DNA of 64,000 nt from Candidatus Omnitrophota bacterium (GTDB lineage: Bacteria; Omnitrophota; Gorgyraeia; Zapsychrales; Fredricksoniimonadaceae). This document shows positions 28,201-43,200 of the stretch, one piece after another. The notes beneath the pieces are model-generated. The model was not told the DNA's origin. It worked only from the letters and a program-made list of their open reading frames with translations, and did no database searches. A program made the translations under genes and the position numbers. The stretch spans positions 64,540 through 128,539 of the forward strand of contig JADFZK010000003.1 in NCBI GenBank assembly GCA_015232565.1. The letters run 5' to 3'. The first letter of the stretch is position 1. Each line of letters opens with the position of its first letter.

Positions 28201-31200
28201 TCCTTAGCATCAGCGGCTATAGCTTCAGACACGGTCTGTTCCGGCCTAAATTCCGCCTTCCAATTGGTGTGCAGTTCGATCTCCGGCGACGGACCGTGCG
28301 GTTTGGAAAGGATATTTAAAAGTTTGGCCATGTCATTACCCGGCTCGGCAGTACCGGAGTAGCCGATCTTGCCCGGCATCAGGGTGAGCAATTCGGCCGA
28401 AGTTATCTCCCGGTCGTGGCCCTGTGCCACCAATTCCGCAAACCGGGGCAAATTGGTCGCAATGCCTTTCCTGTACACATAATCGTAAACACCCAAGACG
28501 CCGCGCATCTTATGCTTTAAACCATCCTTAGAGCTATAAACCCTGCCGCGCGCCTCCGCACCAAGGTTTTCCAAATACTCATAAATAATCAGCTCTACAT
28601 CGCCCTTCCTGTTGGTCTCGATAACATTATTAACTCGATGGATCTCGTTACGAAAAGACCAGGCGATCTCGTCTAAAAGCGGCGTTAAAACCCCTTCCTC
28701 CACCAATTTCTTGTGCCATTCGGTTTCCCCAAATTTCGCTGTTAACTCCTTCGTGAACTCTTCCTTGAACTTATCCGCGTTTATACCTCCCTCATCTATA
28801 TTGTCAACAATAGGTTTAACTTTTTCTTTGTTATCAGCTACTGTTTTGTCCTTTAACGCCAGGGTTCCAATAGCGTCTATCAAATGCGCCACGTCCTGCT
28901 GGCTCCGCTCTAATCTTTCGCGATATTCCCAGCCCCTTTGACTCAAGAAATCAGCTCCGTCAACGCTATTGCCCTTTATCATCGTTGGATTTAAAAGGAA
29001 ATTATGTTTTTCATCAATAAAAGTCAAAGTCTTGAACCAGGGATTGCTGGGATCCTGGGTGAAGTCCGTGCTGGCCATCACCTCCGACGTCAACTCGGCC
29101 GACTTCTCGCCTTTAAACTGCAAGCCGATCTCTTTAGCCTCGGCAAAAGTCAGCACCATAACCTTGCCCGATTCTCTCCCACCCACTATTTTGCCATCTG
29201 CCACTTCACCACGTGAGAACAAGTCACTGGCATTACAAGCTGTTGCGGCCTGGTTAGGATCGGCCTTTAAAAGGATAAAAGTAACTCCCGAGCCACTTTT
29301 TACTACGTATTTCATTAAAGCATCAAAAACGAACCTTTCCATCGTGGTTTTACCGCCCGCCATAGCCAAGGCCAATAATTGCGCTTCCATAGACCCGAGA
29401 TTGGCGACCGTGTCGATGGCATGGAACGAATAGTTCAAAAGATCGCGCAAATAATCACTTTGCTCCTTTGAGATCGAAGGAGTCTCGCCTTTCTTCGCTT
29501 GAGACTCAAAATACGTCAACAATTCTTTTTGCAGGCCTCGTTGAACCGTGCTCAAGCCGTCAGCGCCATCAATCTGTAGTTGACTATGCAATGCCAACTC
29601 CTGGCCCGCTTTCTGAATATCGGTTTCCACTTTATTCAGAAGAGTATGCCTGTCGAGAATAACGGATCTTTCAAATATCCGCAGTTCTCCGGCGCTTATC
29701 CTGAAATCACCACATATTTTGGTAAACAAGGCCTCCCATGTCCGGGCCTGCTGCTGAGGCGCCCCGGCAACATCGGGCATTTGCTTCTTTAAGAAACCCG
29801 CGGCATCCTCCGGCTTGGAATCTTTGCTCTGGTAAACCTTCAAGGCTTCACTCAGAGCATCCAGGGACTCTCTTAAACCGGTTAGACCACCGTCAATATT
29901 AAGCGCTTCCGCATTAACTTTTCTCAGATTCTGCCGGGCCGCCTGAACCATAGTGGTCAATTCTGCCGTAAGAGCAGGATCTGGTTCACCAGCCGTCTTC
30001 AGTTTGTCCACTATGGCCTTACGCTGGGTAAACACTTCAGCTATATTGCCATATCCGGCATGAGGGGCGATCTTATGAGCTGCGTTAAAGTTCTCAACCA
30101 GAGTTTGTTCGTTAACCTCGGACGCAGGCTTGTTAAGTTCACTTCTGATTGCATCCATATGCGGCTGAAGCTTGATCGCCTGACGAAGCAGGTCGGCATC
30201 CCGGTCATTCTCCAGTGCCTTTACAGCCAACAATTTACCGGCCTTGTCAAGATGTTCTTGTGCTTTCCGGGACATCTCCGCAGACTCCTCGCCCACGGCG
30301 GTCTTTTGTGCTGGCTCGGAGGTCTTGCCGGCGATCTCTGTTAAAGAAGCCGCCGTAGTATAGGCGATATCTCTTATGGACATCCGATGCTTGGCTATCA
30401 AAAGGCTGATCTCGCCAGTACCCCGTTCCGTCTGCGCCTTAGGCAATACGCTCTCAAGCTCGGCTATTCTTTGCTCCAGGGCCTTTATCCTGGACGCTAC
30501 TGGATCAACCTTACTCACAGCTTCCGGGCCAAGCCGGGTTATATCTGCGCCAGGGACTGCCGAGTTACGAGCGGCAACGCTGAACGGATTACCGCTGTCA
30601 TACACTTTGGTAACAACGATCTCACTGCCCAGCTTAGCCTGTGCCACCAGGATATGGTCCTTAAGCATATCCTTGACTTCGGAACTTATAGCTTCATTAC
30701 CCTCAATTAACCGGTGCATGTCGGCAATACGGGCGGCTAAAGCGGCCTTTTCAGTCGAAACATCCGCCGATTGGTTGGTACCTTTAAACTCCGCCCGTTG
30801 TTCGCGCCCATAACGCTCATGCGTCAGCAGGTTCAACTGGGCAATAGCATTGGCCGCCAAATTAGCATCGGAAGAACGTGCCGCAAACTGGTAACTTTTA
30901 ATAAGCCGGTCGTTAACAGCGTCGGCCAGGTTAAAGTTGCCGTCAGTTGCCGCTTGTGCGGCGATCTTGCGTAAATTTAAATTCTCGCCATACGCAGTAT
31001 CCACCACATAGATCTGCACTTCCGGCCGCTCTGTAAGAGTCTGCAATTCGGCCTGCAATCTACTTATCTCAGAACCAGTACCGTCCGGATTATCCTTCCG
31101 CATACGCTCAATCTCAGATTCGATCTTGCCGATCTTCTTAAGCGTTTCATGAACAGGCTCAACAGCGCTCTCTAGCTGTTGCTTTTGTTGCTCAAGAGCG

Positions 31201-34200
31201 GTTCTTTGATTTTGCAAATCCCCTGAAACAGACGCATCTTTTGTAGACTTGATTTGCCGATCAAGAGCGGCGATCGTACTCTCTATGCCCCGCACCACAG
31301 CCTTTACCTGCGCCGCCACCCTCGGATTATCAACCTTCTCCCGCAAGCCCTGGCGCAATAATGCGTCCGGCTTGCCGCCTATCTGTAACGCCTCCACATC
31401 TTTAACTACAACCGAGGCCATTTCGCTGGATATCCTGTTTTCTGCCAGGGCTTTCTCCAGGACACCGGCGACTGCCTTAACCGCTACCTCCACGCTCTGA
31501 GTATTTGGTGACCGTAGCAATACTAATTGCTCCGAAACTTTTTCAATTACATCATTGGCCGCGCTGGCGGCAGAACTTACCGCCCGGTCGCCGGAATTAC
31601 GTAACGGCAACAATTCCAACTTCCGAGCCTGCAGGCGGATCTTTACAAAATCTTCTTTACCCGCATTGTCTGTGGCTGGCTTTACACCGCTGGCTCGCAC
31701 AAAAGCTGTGTCCAGATAAAAATCGCCCTCGGACTTTAATGCAACGGCCTTTTCACGTGCGGCTTTCGCCTTGTCTGTTTCACCGGAAGCTTCCAGAGAA
31801 TTGGCGCGGTCCAGCAAAACCTCGGCTTCAATAAGAATTTTCCGGCCCAGCGCCCTATCCAGCTCCACCGGATCTTTTGAATTTTTCAGCACATATTCCT
31901 GCTCACCCAACCGGGCACTCTGTGCCGCCTGATAAGCTTGATTGGCATTATCTTTAAGCTTGGAAATTTCTGGCGCGCTTGCACCTTTTTCCGCACCAAG
32001 CTGTAATGCTAATTGGGCTTGCTGTAATTCCGCTTCGCGCAGACGACTGACGGCTCTCTGCTCCGCCATGGAGGCAAAGACCTTGGGCGCCGCCACTGCC
32101 GGAGCTGGCGCAACTATTGGCGCCGGTACGGCAGAAGGCAGATGAACAGCGGCCGGCTGAGGCACAGGCGCCGCTGACGCCGCTGGAACCGTAGCCGCGG
32201 CTTCTGCGGCCTGCCGCTGTTCCATGTTTTTGCGAATGCCCTCTATATTCTTTTTCAATCGTAAAATCTGGGCACCCTTGTCATAATGGCCCTTTGTTTT
32301 GGGCTTTAGTTTCCCCAGATCAGTTGTCGCCTGGTTGAGCAATCTCTCAAGATGTGCTAATTCTTGAGCCGGAGAACGCCCCTGTGCGGGCTTTGCTGTG
32401 GCCATCTTGGCAGAGGTGCCATCAGCCTTAGGCTTAACAGTCGGCGTGGAAACCACCGCATCCGCGGGACGAGCCGCCGGAGCCATTTCGGCATCGGAAC
32501 GGGCCTGACCAGCGGCCGGTTCTAATTGCGGAACGCCCGTTTCGGCCCGGCCGGCTTCGCCGGGTTTAGCTACCTCGGACGGCCTGGACGCTCCAGGCAA
32601 AGAAGCTGACGGTTCATGTGCCGCCGCTGGGGCCGCGGCCGGCTCAACCGCCGCAGAGCCCGGCTTGCCGGCACCCGCAACATTAGCCGATTCAGGGGCA
32701 GAAGAAGATTTGGGAGAAAGCTCAACAGAATTTCTAGCCAGCTCCGGAGCAGGAGAAGCCGCCGCTGGGCTGGCTGAAACCGGTGCCGCCGCAGAGGCTG
32801 AGGCCGCGGCCGGCTCAGCCGCTGAAGACCCTGGCTTTCCGGCACCCACGGCATCAGCCGGTCCGGAAGCAGAGCCAGATTTAGGAGCAAGAGCAGACGC
32901 CGTCGGAGCCGCAGCACCCGGCACAGGAGGCAGAACTGCAGGCGCCGCCGCCGGAGCTACAACCGGTGCAGAAGGCGCCGCCGCGGGCGTTCCCGCCGAA
33001 GCACCCGCCGTTGAAGCAGGCGCCGAAGCCGCGCCGGAACCCGCCGGTTTCGCCGCCGCTGGCGCAATAACGGGCGCCGCAACAGGCGCCGGAACAGGAG
33101 GCATAACTGCAGGCGCCACCACCGGTGCCGCCGCACCCGGCACAGGAGGCGCCGTAGCGCGGCCCGCCAGATTAACAGGCGCTGGGAGCGGGGCTGGAAC
33201 AGCCGCCACTCTGGGCGCCGGCGCCACAGTTGCCGCAGGCGCACCCGCCGCCGGGCCAGCTACAGCCGGAGCGGTGGCCGGCGCAGGCGCCAAAGCCCCT
33301 GCCGGTACCACAGTCTGCAACAAAGACACCAGCTTGGCCTGCTGTTGCAGCTGCCTTTTGAGAGACGGCGATTTACCCATATTCCCGCCCGGCACAAAGA
33401 ACAAGCTTACAAAAGCGCCCTGCTTGGCCAGCTCGGTGCGCTTAACCTTAACCATATCTTCAATAACTTTATTGTCTATGGCCGCATTGCCGCTAAGCAG
33501 TCCGGCCATATCGGCCCGAGCTTCTTTTTCCAAACGAGCCACCATCCCCGGAGCAATATAAGGAAACGCCTTGTACACCAAAGCGTCGTTCAAGGACAAT
33601 ACGCCAATAGTACCCGCCATACCAAAGCCATGATAAATCCCGGAAAGACGCCCGGCGCTCCTGGCCAGCAAGCCGGTGGGCTTGGCCGAGATCGCCGATA
33701 ACGGCATCTGCAACACACCCAGCGTGGGCCCCAGGCTGTAACCGCTTTGCAAGCCGCCCACCACGTCTTCCTTTAACATCTCGCCAAAGCCGGTCCGTTT
33801 CAGGCGGCCTTCTTTGTCGAATTGCGGCAAGCCGCTGCCATCCAGCGCCAGCGGCCGGAAAGTATTAAAAGACTGCACCCCGGCCTCAGCCCAGCTGATG
33901 CGGCTCCCGATCGTATTCTCTACTCCGTAATTCACTATTCTCTGCACCGGCAGGCTTACCAGGCGCCAGGCCGGCATCATAACCGCAAAGTCCAGGGAAG
34001 CGGCGATCGACATCTTTACGCTCATCTGCGGATAAAGGCTCATGTTCAAAAGGTTGGCATCCAGCTGAACCATGTCTGGCCCCACCATTACATTGCGCGA
34101 CCAGGTCTGTAAGACCGGCCGGGTAATAGCCAGAACGCTCAGCAACCCGCCCGCCGTAGCACCATAACCCACATAGCCCAGGCGCTCTTGCCAGGACATG

Positions 34201-37200
34201 TTTTTCTGTGGATCGGCATACGAAGCCGCCCACCCGCCAGCCGCGCCAACAGCGGTTCCGCCAGCCAGCCTTTTTACCGCGCCCGACGTTAAAAGATCTT
34301 TAAAATACACACCGGCGGTTATCTGCCGGTTGGCCGCGACTGTGCCGGCAGTCTGGAACGGCGCCGAAGAATACGGTGAGAGCTCAAAAACAGCCTTCAC
34401 CCGGTCTACAAAAACATCCAGCCGCGACGTAGGCGGACCCATGGGTTTAGCCGCCGGCTCACCCCACACCGCCCGTTGTGCCCAGCGCGGCACGATCTTA
34501 ACGCCAGCCGAGGCCAAAAGACCAAAGCCGGCATCAAAAATCATCTGCCGGTTGATTACATTGGTATCGCTGTAATTTCTCTTCCAGGCCTCGTTACCGC
34601 CTTGGGCCAGATACCGGTCGGTCATACCACCGCCCACACTCACCAGCGTATAGCCCGCCGCGTCGTAAAGAGAGCCCCAGGCATTGGTTTTCCAGAAACT
34701 ACCAGGTAAGATATTCTTTACACCACCCACCACCAGGCCGCCCGCCACGCCCACACCGGCATCGACCAGTACTTGCCGGGTCTTGATGTAATCGTTCCAC
34801 ACATCGCGGCCGCTAAACTTGGTAAGCACCGCGCCGCGCAGTACATTCACCGCCATACCGCCAATAGCTTTACCCGCCAGTTCCCGGGCGTAACTGGATT
34901 GTATGCCCGCGAAAGACCGTGATAACTGGGCCCCGCCGCCCAAAGCCAAGCCCGCCAGAGCGCCCCAGCCCCAGCTCTCGGCTCCCTTAATAAAACCGTT
35001 ATCTTCTTTACGATACAATTTCTCGTTCACCACGCTGTCTATGCCCAGCTGGATATTGCCCGCGGAAAGAGCCGAATTAACAAAAGCCTGCCGAGCCGAT
35101 ACCTGGGCGGCATCTTTTACCGCCGCCGGCAACATGCTCCTGGCCAACAAAGTGGTCACCGGGACTATCGCCAATATGGCGGCATCCTGCTTGAGCGTTA
35201 ACAATTCGCCGTTAACCAGCAATGAACCCGCGTTAGACAAAGCCGCCACGCGCACGCCGCTGGCCATGGATTCCAGCGCCCGGGCCGAGAACCCATTGCC
35301 CATCACACCCGGGTTCCGCATACCAAGCACAGCCAAAGGCACGAAAGCGGCGCCGATACCCGCATCTTTGAGGATTTGCCCGCCGGTTACATAATCAAAT
35401 ACGGTTCCGCCTTGCGCCCGGTTGCTGGTAACGCCATAAGCCACATTAGCAGTCGCTCCGCCAGCGGATAAAACCGTTAAGCCCACCGCCCATTTTTGCC
35501 CCTCAGTCAAAACCACAGGAGTAGAGGCTCCCAGCTTGGAAGCGACAAAAGTAAACCCTCGGGAAGTCGCCACGGCATTGCCCAAGCGCGGAACACCACT
35601 GCTAATTGCTGTTGAAGTTCTCGCCGCCAAACCACCGGCACCAAAAACGCCCAACCCCGAGATAGCCTTGGCACCCAGATTAAAAATGCCCATAGCCAGA
35701 ATAGCCGAATTCATTTCATCTTGACCTAAGCCCCTGCCGGTGTTGTACAGGCTATAATTATCCAATGCTACAGTTGAAACGGCCCCGATGGCAGATCCAG
35801 CTCCTGCAACACCCGTCAACCTTCCTCCCAAATACGCGTAGGCACCCTTACCCAAAGTTCCACCCGCATAAAGGAAAAACGAATCCCAACCCTTATTCTC
35901 TGGCCGAACCGACGCGTTCTCAGCATCACTAAAAATGTCCAACACATGACTATAACGCTCGGGTTTATTTTCATCGGTATACAACCGGCTATACCACCCG
36001 TTATAAACCCAGGTCTTACCCAGATCTCGCATCTCTTTGTTGCCTACATAAGGGATAAGACCACCCGCATACATAGCGGCCCCTATAAAGGGCTTTGTAG
36101 CTCCCCATAACGCTTCACCCGCTTTTCGTGAACCCCAGGACCATGGATTATAGGAAGGGTCATAAGTCTTGTCAGACTTGAAGCTGTTAAAGAATACTCT
36201 GGCCCCATTCGTCTCAAATATCTCCGCCACTCCATTTGTAAGGCCGGTAATATTCTTGTCCAGCTTGCGCATATCAAGCAAAATGTTCTGATAATAATCC
36301 TTTTGCGCATCGGTCAAATTGCCGGCGTTGATCTCACCTTGCAATGTAGCGCCAAAATCTTTCATTTCCTGTTGTCTTTGCTTTTCATTCTTGGTCAAAG
36401 CATCTTTCAGTTCGGAAGACCGCTTGTCCAAATTACGCTTAAGATCTATGGCCGGGATCTGGTTTTCTTCACCATTACCGGCAATAACTATAGATTTTCC
36501 GGTCTGTTCGGCCAGGTCCCTCTTCTGACGCTCAATACTTTCCAGCTCGGCCACAATAGCATCGGCCTCGGCCTTCATTTTTTGCCCCGCCGCCCAGAAT
36601 TGCACAGATAGGGGAGCCGCCTTAAGCACCTCGGCGATAACCTTCCTTTGTATATCGTCTTCGTTAACCCACAGTTCTTTCCCGTGGTCCGGCACCGTTA
36701 ATTTGTCTTCCAGTTTGGGGATCACCGCATTATCCATCAACTCCGGCAAACTATTCTCAAGCATGAACTGATCGAGCTCACGCAGTTTGGCGGCATAATT
36801 GTCCTGGGCTTCCTTAAACAACTTCTTCTCTTTGGCATCGTTAACCACAAGCCCGAACCAGTCGAAAGTATTCATTTTCTTATGAAATTCAAAACGACCG
36901 ATATAGAACATGTCTCTGGCGTAAGACGTCTGCTCCTTCAGCGCCGAAAACTGCGCCTGTTTCTCGGGAGTCATAACCGGAATCGGTAAATCCAACTTGG
37001 GCGCCGCATCTCGTATAGCGGTCTTGACGATCCTGGCGCCGTCATAATTACGGTAATCAACTATAGCCTGGCCATTCTCATCGAAAAAGATCGATTTCTG
37101 GCCCGACCCCAAAACCGCCGTCACCAGGTTTACCGGCTGAACACCATCGGCAGTCAGGCCGCGTTCACGCTGATACGTCACCTGTTCTATACCCTTACCG

Positions 37201-40200
37201 CCCAAACCAATAACCGCTACCTTGCGCAGATCACCATGGGCGGCGCCGCTAAAGTTGTAAAAATCATAAGAATCCACCATCAATCTCTGTTTACCGGTGC
37301 CCCATAAGGCGCCATCCGAATACACATTGTTCACAGTTAAATATCGGCGTGCTATTTCGGCGCCCTGCGCCTCTTCCCGGGTTTGCGGAGCCGACTTAAA
37401 TTTACTCTTGGCCTCCAGCCCTTCACTGGCAAAAAGCGGCAAAACAGCCTTACCGTAAACCCCCACCGTTATAACCGGCGAACCGTTCTCAATACGAGCG
37501 CTGGCCGGTGTAAAATTCTGCCCGCCATCCACCGATAAGCCATTAACCTGGAATTGATCCCAAACCGCGCCCACCACCCAACGCCCTTTTTCATCCTTCA
37601 CATAATCGCCGTACTGAGAGATCTCTTGCCCGGCCTTCATGTTAAATACCACCTTCTTATCCACCAATCCTCTTCCACTAGTTAATACCGGCGTAACCAT
37701 TGCTATGAGCGCATCGTCCAGAATGGCTGAAGTTGTAACAACCGCCGCATAGTCCAATTCGGAACTGCCATTCTCCTTAAAACGCACCTGATCGCTGTCT
37801 ACCCCAAAAGCATAACGCGACGCCTGCACAACCTTGCCATTCTTGTCCACACCCACCTGAAACACCAGGTTAGGCGTGTCATCTATACGGGTAATGTTAA
37901 AATCCCTGAAATCTCCGGAGAGCGTAGCCTGCGCAACATTAAGATTAGGCAAAGAAAAATCGGCTTTCTGCATACCATCCAAAGAAGCTATCCCGGCGTT
38001 TGTAGTCAGCAAACCTTCCCGTGCACGCACCGGGATCTTTAAAGCATTCAAGCCAGCCGTCGATTTCTCCTCATTCTTTTTTTCCAGCGGCTGTTTTATA
38101 ACCTCCAGCGACGTCTGCGGAAGAAGCGCAGGATTACTTCCACCAACAAGAATAGACGGATTACCAAATTCATCCAAACCAGCTCCAACACTGGCCTCAA
38201 CATCATTCAACAGCAAAGACTTAACATCAAAAGACTGCCACTTCTTTCCGCCATTGGTCACCCAAAAGTCTACTCCGCGCAATTCAGCTTTACCTTTAAG
38301 GATTTCCTTGTCGTCAACCGCGTACTTCAGGAACGACGCATCCGTGTTAATATTGGACCACCCCGACCGTAAACCCGGCGTGACCACAAAACCGTTCTGG
38401 TTGATCTCGGCCGTTTTCCCGTCCAGACTGCCCTTTTCGTTATTTACGGCTATGACCTTACCGGTAACTGCGAACTCGCCATTTTCCTGAACCTGGCCCT
38501 GCACGCTGGAAACAAAATCCTTAAAATTGAGGCCGCTGAAAGAATGGTATACTCCAGAGAACATGGGCGCAAAAGAAACCGACTGTTCCTGCAGGCTTTG
38601 CGGGCTGGTAACATTATCAAAATTTAGAACTGCGATCTTGGCGCTGTCAAACCAGCCTACCCGAGAGGCGTAGATCAAAGGCAAGACTTCGCTCGTTAAA
38701 AAACCGGATCCTGGCGGACGCAAGCCGCCATTACTATTATCCCCGGCCGCCTCCGGACTGCCCGTCTTGTTATCCGCATTGCTCTCCGGCGGTTTCTGCA
38801 TTATCTGCGAAGTGTAGAAAAATCTTTCCTGGCCATCCGCGCTGGCCTGAGCATAAAGATCGGTAAAATTCTCCGTCCGTCCGTAAAATACCGCGCTATC
38901 AACTAACTTCCCCTTGGCGTCGAAAACTTTACCGTCCCCTTTTATGCGCTGTGTAATGGGCGTAAACCTTTCATCCAGGCTCCAGGTGCCGTGTTCCCCG
39001 GTAAGACCCTCGGTGCCGCTTAAGGTCCAGCCCCGGGGCTTGCCTTCCGGTTCCGCGGTCTCGTTAACAGTCACCGCATGGCCGCTTTTTGTGCCATCCG
39101 GCAACACCATTACCATGCTCTTGGTGCCCGCCGTTAAAGAGTTCCAAAAAGTTTCCTGCCGCTCCACTGTACTTAACGGGAACAAAGCCCCGTTCTGCCC
39201 TATCTCCAGGCCGCCGCCCCAGAACGTATTGTTGGCACCGTATAAAGATATCGGCGATCCTTCGGTTATGGTCGGCCCGAAATAAGCCTTGGCACCGGGA
39301 TTAAAATTGATATCCTGCAAAGCGCCTTTCTGGAACGCAAACTCCAAAGAGCCGAAAGCCTGGCCAAAAGCGGTTTCACCCGGAATTTTGTCCAGGTTGA
39401 ATATTGCCTGGGTATTTATCGGCTTGGAGGCCGTGCCACCCTCAGATTTGCCTGGCAAAGCCAGCAATCCGAAGCCAACACCACCCAGCACCAGGGTATT
39501 GCCTTCCCCGCGAGCGCGGTCCAAATAAACCCTATGCTCCGGAGAATCCAGGTCCTCCCTATATGTAGTATAGGTACCGTTAACAGTCGTGCCATCCACA
39601 TTGCCCAAGGGCGGCACATACCGGAACTCGCCGTTTTTGTCTACTAACAAATGATTAACTATGAAATCCTCCACTATGACCTTGCTGGCGTCCGCAGGAT
39701 TCTGCATTAAATTACGACGTTCCAACGTACTGAACACTTCGGCAGGTTGCCAGTTGCCATTCTCCTGTTGGTCCGCCATTATGCCGGAGGCATTACCCAT
39801 TCTGTCTCCGGTAAGTATAAAGCGGGTAACCGGCAGGTCAGACTTGCCGTCGGCGCTATAATCGGGAGTAGTAAAGACCATCTCGTCATCTTGCCAGGCT
39901 GAATCCCGACTGTATACTCCTTTACCGTCACTAAAGTTAAGTTCCGGCAGGAAAGCATTGTTGCCCGCCTGTATCCATACCGGCTGGCTGGCGTACAATA
40001 TGGCGCCCGTCCGGTTATCCAAAGCCACCGGAGCATCGCCTTCCAGACGGTAATGAAAATTACCGTATTGCTCGTTAACCCGGGTGATCTGACCGTAAGC
40101 ATTGATCACCGGAGTTAGCCCGGCCTCAAAGCGCGAAACGAATTGCGGGCCGTTAGGATCCGGCGGCGAAGAAAGCGCTTTACCGAGCTCGTTCCAAACA

Positions 40201-43200
40201 GCATTTTCGCTAATATCCGTAGAATTATCCGCCACACCAAAGCGCCAGCCGGAACCAATAAAATTCGGCAAACCAAATGCGTCTATAAAAGATGCCTCGG
40301 GCCGGGTCCAGACAGTGTGTGTAGGCGATACCTGGTCCTGATATTTCCCCTCGATCTCAACCGACGTCATTTCCTTGGCCTGGCCAAAGAAAGGCACATT
40401 GGTAACCAGTTTACCGTTCTCGTCCCGGGTTTCCCAGTTTTGGCCATTCCAATCAAAAGCCGCGCCCTTTGGCGCTTGGGCATAACCCGGTGTCCGGACA
40501 ATTCTCTTTATACCATCCAGCTCATCCTCAAACACTTGTTTATCAGGGTCAAAGGTCAGCTCCGTGGCGGCAGTGCCTTTAATCCATGAAACCCGGCCAT
40601 TACTGTCGACCTCTTTACCGCCCTTGATCAAATACATGCTTTCAATAAAACCATTGATCAGCTCAAAATTACCCGGAACTTTAACCGCGTCCTCCGTTGC
40701 CAGCCTTTTATCGCCCACCGACCACGACTCGGGAGTTTTAGGCATCAGGGTGTTGCCGGTTAAAAGCGCCCGGCCTTTATCGCCCTCCAATGCAAAACCC
40801 ACCAGGTACGGAAACGCCCCGCCGTTAGGTAAATTTATCGGCCGGCCAAAAGTGCCTCTATTGCTGACGTCTTTGCTGGGAGGGCCCGGCAACTCATTAG
40901 TAGTTATAATATTGCCGTGGCTTAAATAACCCTCGGTGGTTATCGAGAACGGCTGGATACGATCGATCACCGGCTTATCGCTTTGCGATTTGTCGGGATC
41001 AATATTATCCAGCCCCACCACAATGCCGGCTTTATTCTCTGCCGAGAAATCGGCCGACCAGCGCGGCTGGCTCGGGAATACATTTATGCCTGCGGCATCG
41101 GTTTGAGCCTGAAAATATTTGCCGCTCTTGACCACCAGGCTGGCACGTCCTTCCGGGTCTACCCCGATATATGAATGCGGCTTATCACCACCGGTAACAA
41201 TATCCAGCCCGTACACCATGGCCGCCCCGGTCAAAGCCGCCGAACCATATCCGTTCCCACCCTGAACAAACGTGGGAGAATATTTCACGCTCACTCCCTC
41301 ATTAAAGAGCGGCATATAAAAAAATGTATCGGTGGGAGCTTCGTCCTTGAATAGAGTCCGGGTGTCGCCAACCGTTTCACTGTTGAGGTCTTTACCCTTC
41401 TTGCCCAGGATATTCACCTGCGATTGCTGTCCGGCAAAACTGGAGCCGCGGCTTGCGTCCCGCAACCAGCCCGCCAGCTCCGCAAAATCACTCCCCATGT
41501 AACTGTTATAATTACCGGAAGCTTGGTCGCCAAAGAAGTCCGCACCGAAAATTGTAGCAAAACCGGTAAGGCCGAAAGCTTTAAGGTCATAAAGACGACG
41601 CCCTTCACGAACTATGTTCAGTGAACGCCCCGCCCCGCTGGCCAAAGACAGGTCGAAGGTGGATTTACTGCCAGTCAGCACAAAATTCCGAATGAACGCT
41701 TTTTGGGTGTCGCCCAGCTTGCTAAGGTCGGTAAGCCCCTTGGCTTCAAGATCCAGGGTCATGGGCCCGCCGGCCAGGTTCCTGCGGGCGCTGACTTCCA
41801 ACTTGTTATCTCCGACCACGCGAAAATCATCGGTAGTAAGGTCCAAAAGGTTGCGGCCCGCTCTTTTTTCCCGGTACACATTGCCGAAATCCATACCGTC
41901 CAGCGAACCGCGGAAAGTGCTAGTGCCCTGGTAAAAGAAAAGCCTCCCGTAAGAGCCATCTTTTACCGAAGACTCATACGTATAAGGCTCGTCTTTTTCC
42001 TGGGGTGCCGGCTTTTGCGGAACAGGCGCAATTGCAGTATCATCTGGCTTGTCCAGCCGATAATCATACCCGGAATATATACCCGAAGAAGCCGCCATAT
42101 CCTGCGCATTGACCCCAGGATACATGTACGAAGAAATATCCTGCACCGGGGCCACCGGCTGATCCTGGGGCTTGACGGCGGCCTGAACCGGCGGACGGGG
42201 AGCTGGCAGATCCTTCAGATTCAGAGAACCGCCCTCGGAATCGCTTACAAACAACTTGTCTTTGCCAGCAACCTTAACAGTGGTAAGCATGTTATTTGAA
42301 ATATTGCTGGTAAACGACCGCCAGTAACCCGGCTTACCCTGCCGGGATTCAAAGCCTTCATTTACGACCTGTTCATGTGGAACGAAACCCTGCGTTATGG
42401 GTTTCAGATTATCTTCTTTATCCCTTAAAGGATCGCCATACAAGTCGTCCTTAAACGACTTGTCGCGCGTATATTTACCATAGCGCATACCTTTGGCGTC
42501 GATACTGACCGGCACGTTTATAGTTACCGAATCCGCCGCGTACAAACTTTGGGCATAAGCCTGTCCGCCCAGGCCCCACAAACCGTTCTGGCCGGCCTTG
42601 CCCAGCACCGCCACTGAAATAAGCTGGCGCATTACGTCTTCCCTGGTACCGTTATTAAACATGGCCTGGCCACCAAACGAGTACACATCGCCTGTCTTCA
42701 AAGGAAAAGCCCCGCAACAATAATGCAAAGCGCTAAAGTCAGCCGAAAACCGACTCCCCGGAAGATACCCGTTACCATCATCCTTGCGGTCCTTTACCCC
42801 GGTGAATTGAGCGACCATTTTGTAACCACTATCATTATAGAACGTGGTTATACTGCGATTGCCTTCGGTGGTCTTGGCGCCGGTAAAAGTTTTATCCATG
42901 CCCAGGGGGCCGTTCTTTACATTCCTGCGGGCCTGTTTCTCGAGCTCTTTATCCGAATACTCGGCGCCTATATCCAAAGCTTCCAGCCGCCGGACCTCGG
43001 CCCTGATCAAAGCCGGGTCTTTGGCGCGCTCGGCCAAATTCTCCACCGCCTGCTTGTACAAAAGCTTGTATTCGGTAGGCTCAACACCATACATGGCATC
43101 CATTTTTCTCAGCCGCCGGATCTCGTCCTCCAGAGCCTTGGAATTCACCGCCTGCTGATCACGCAGACGCTGATGCGCCATAGACAAAGCGCCGGTCGAG

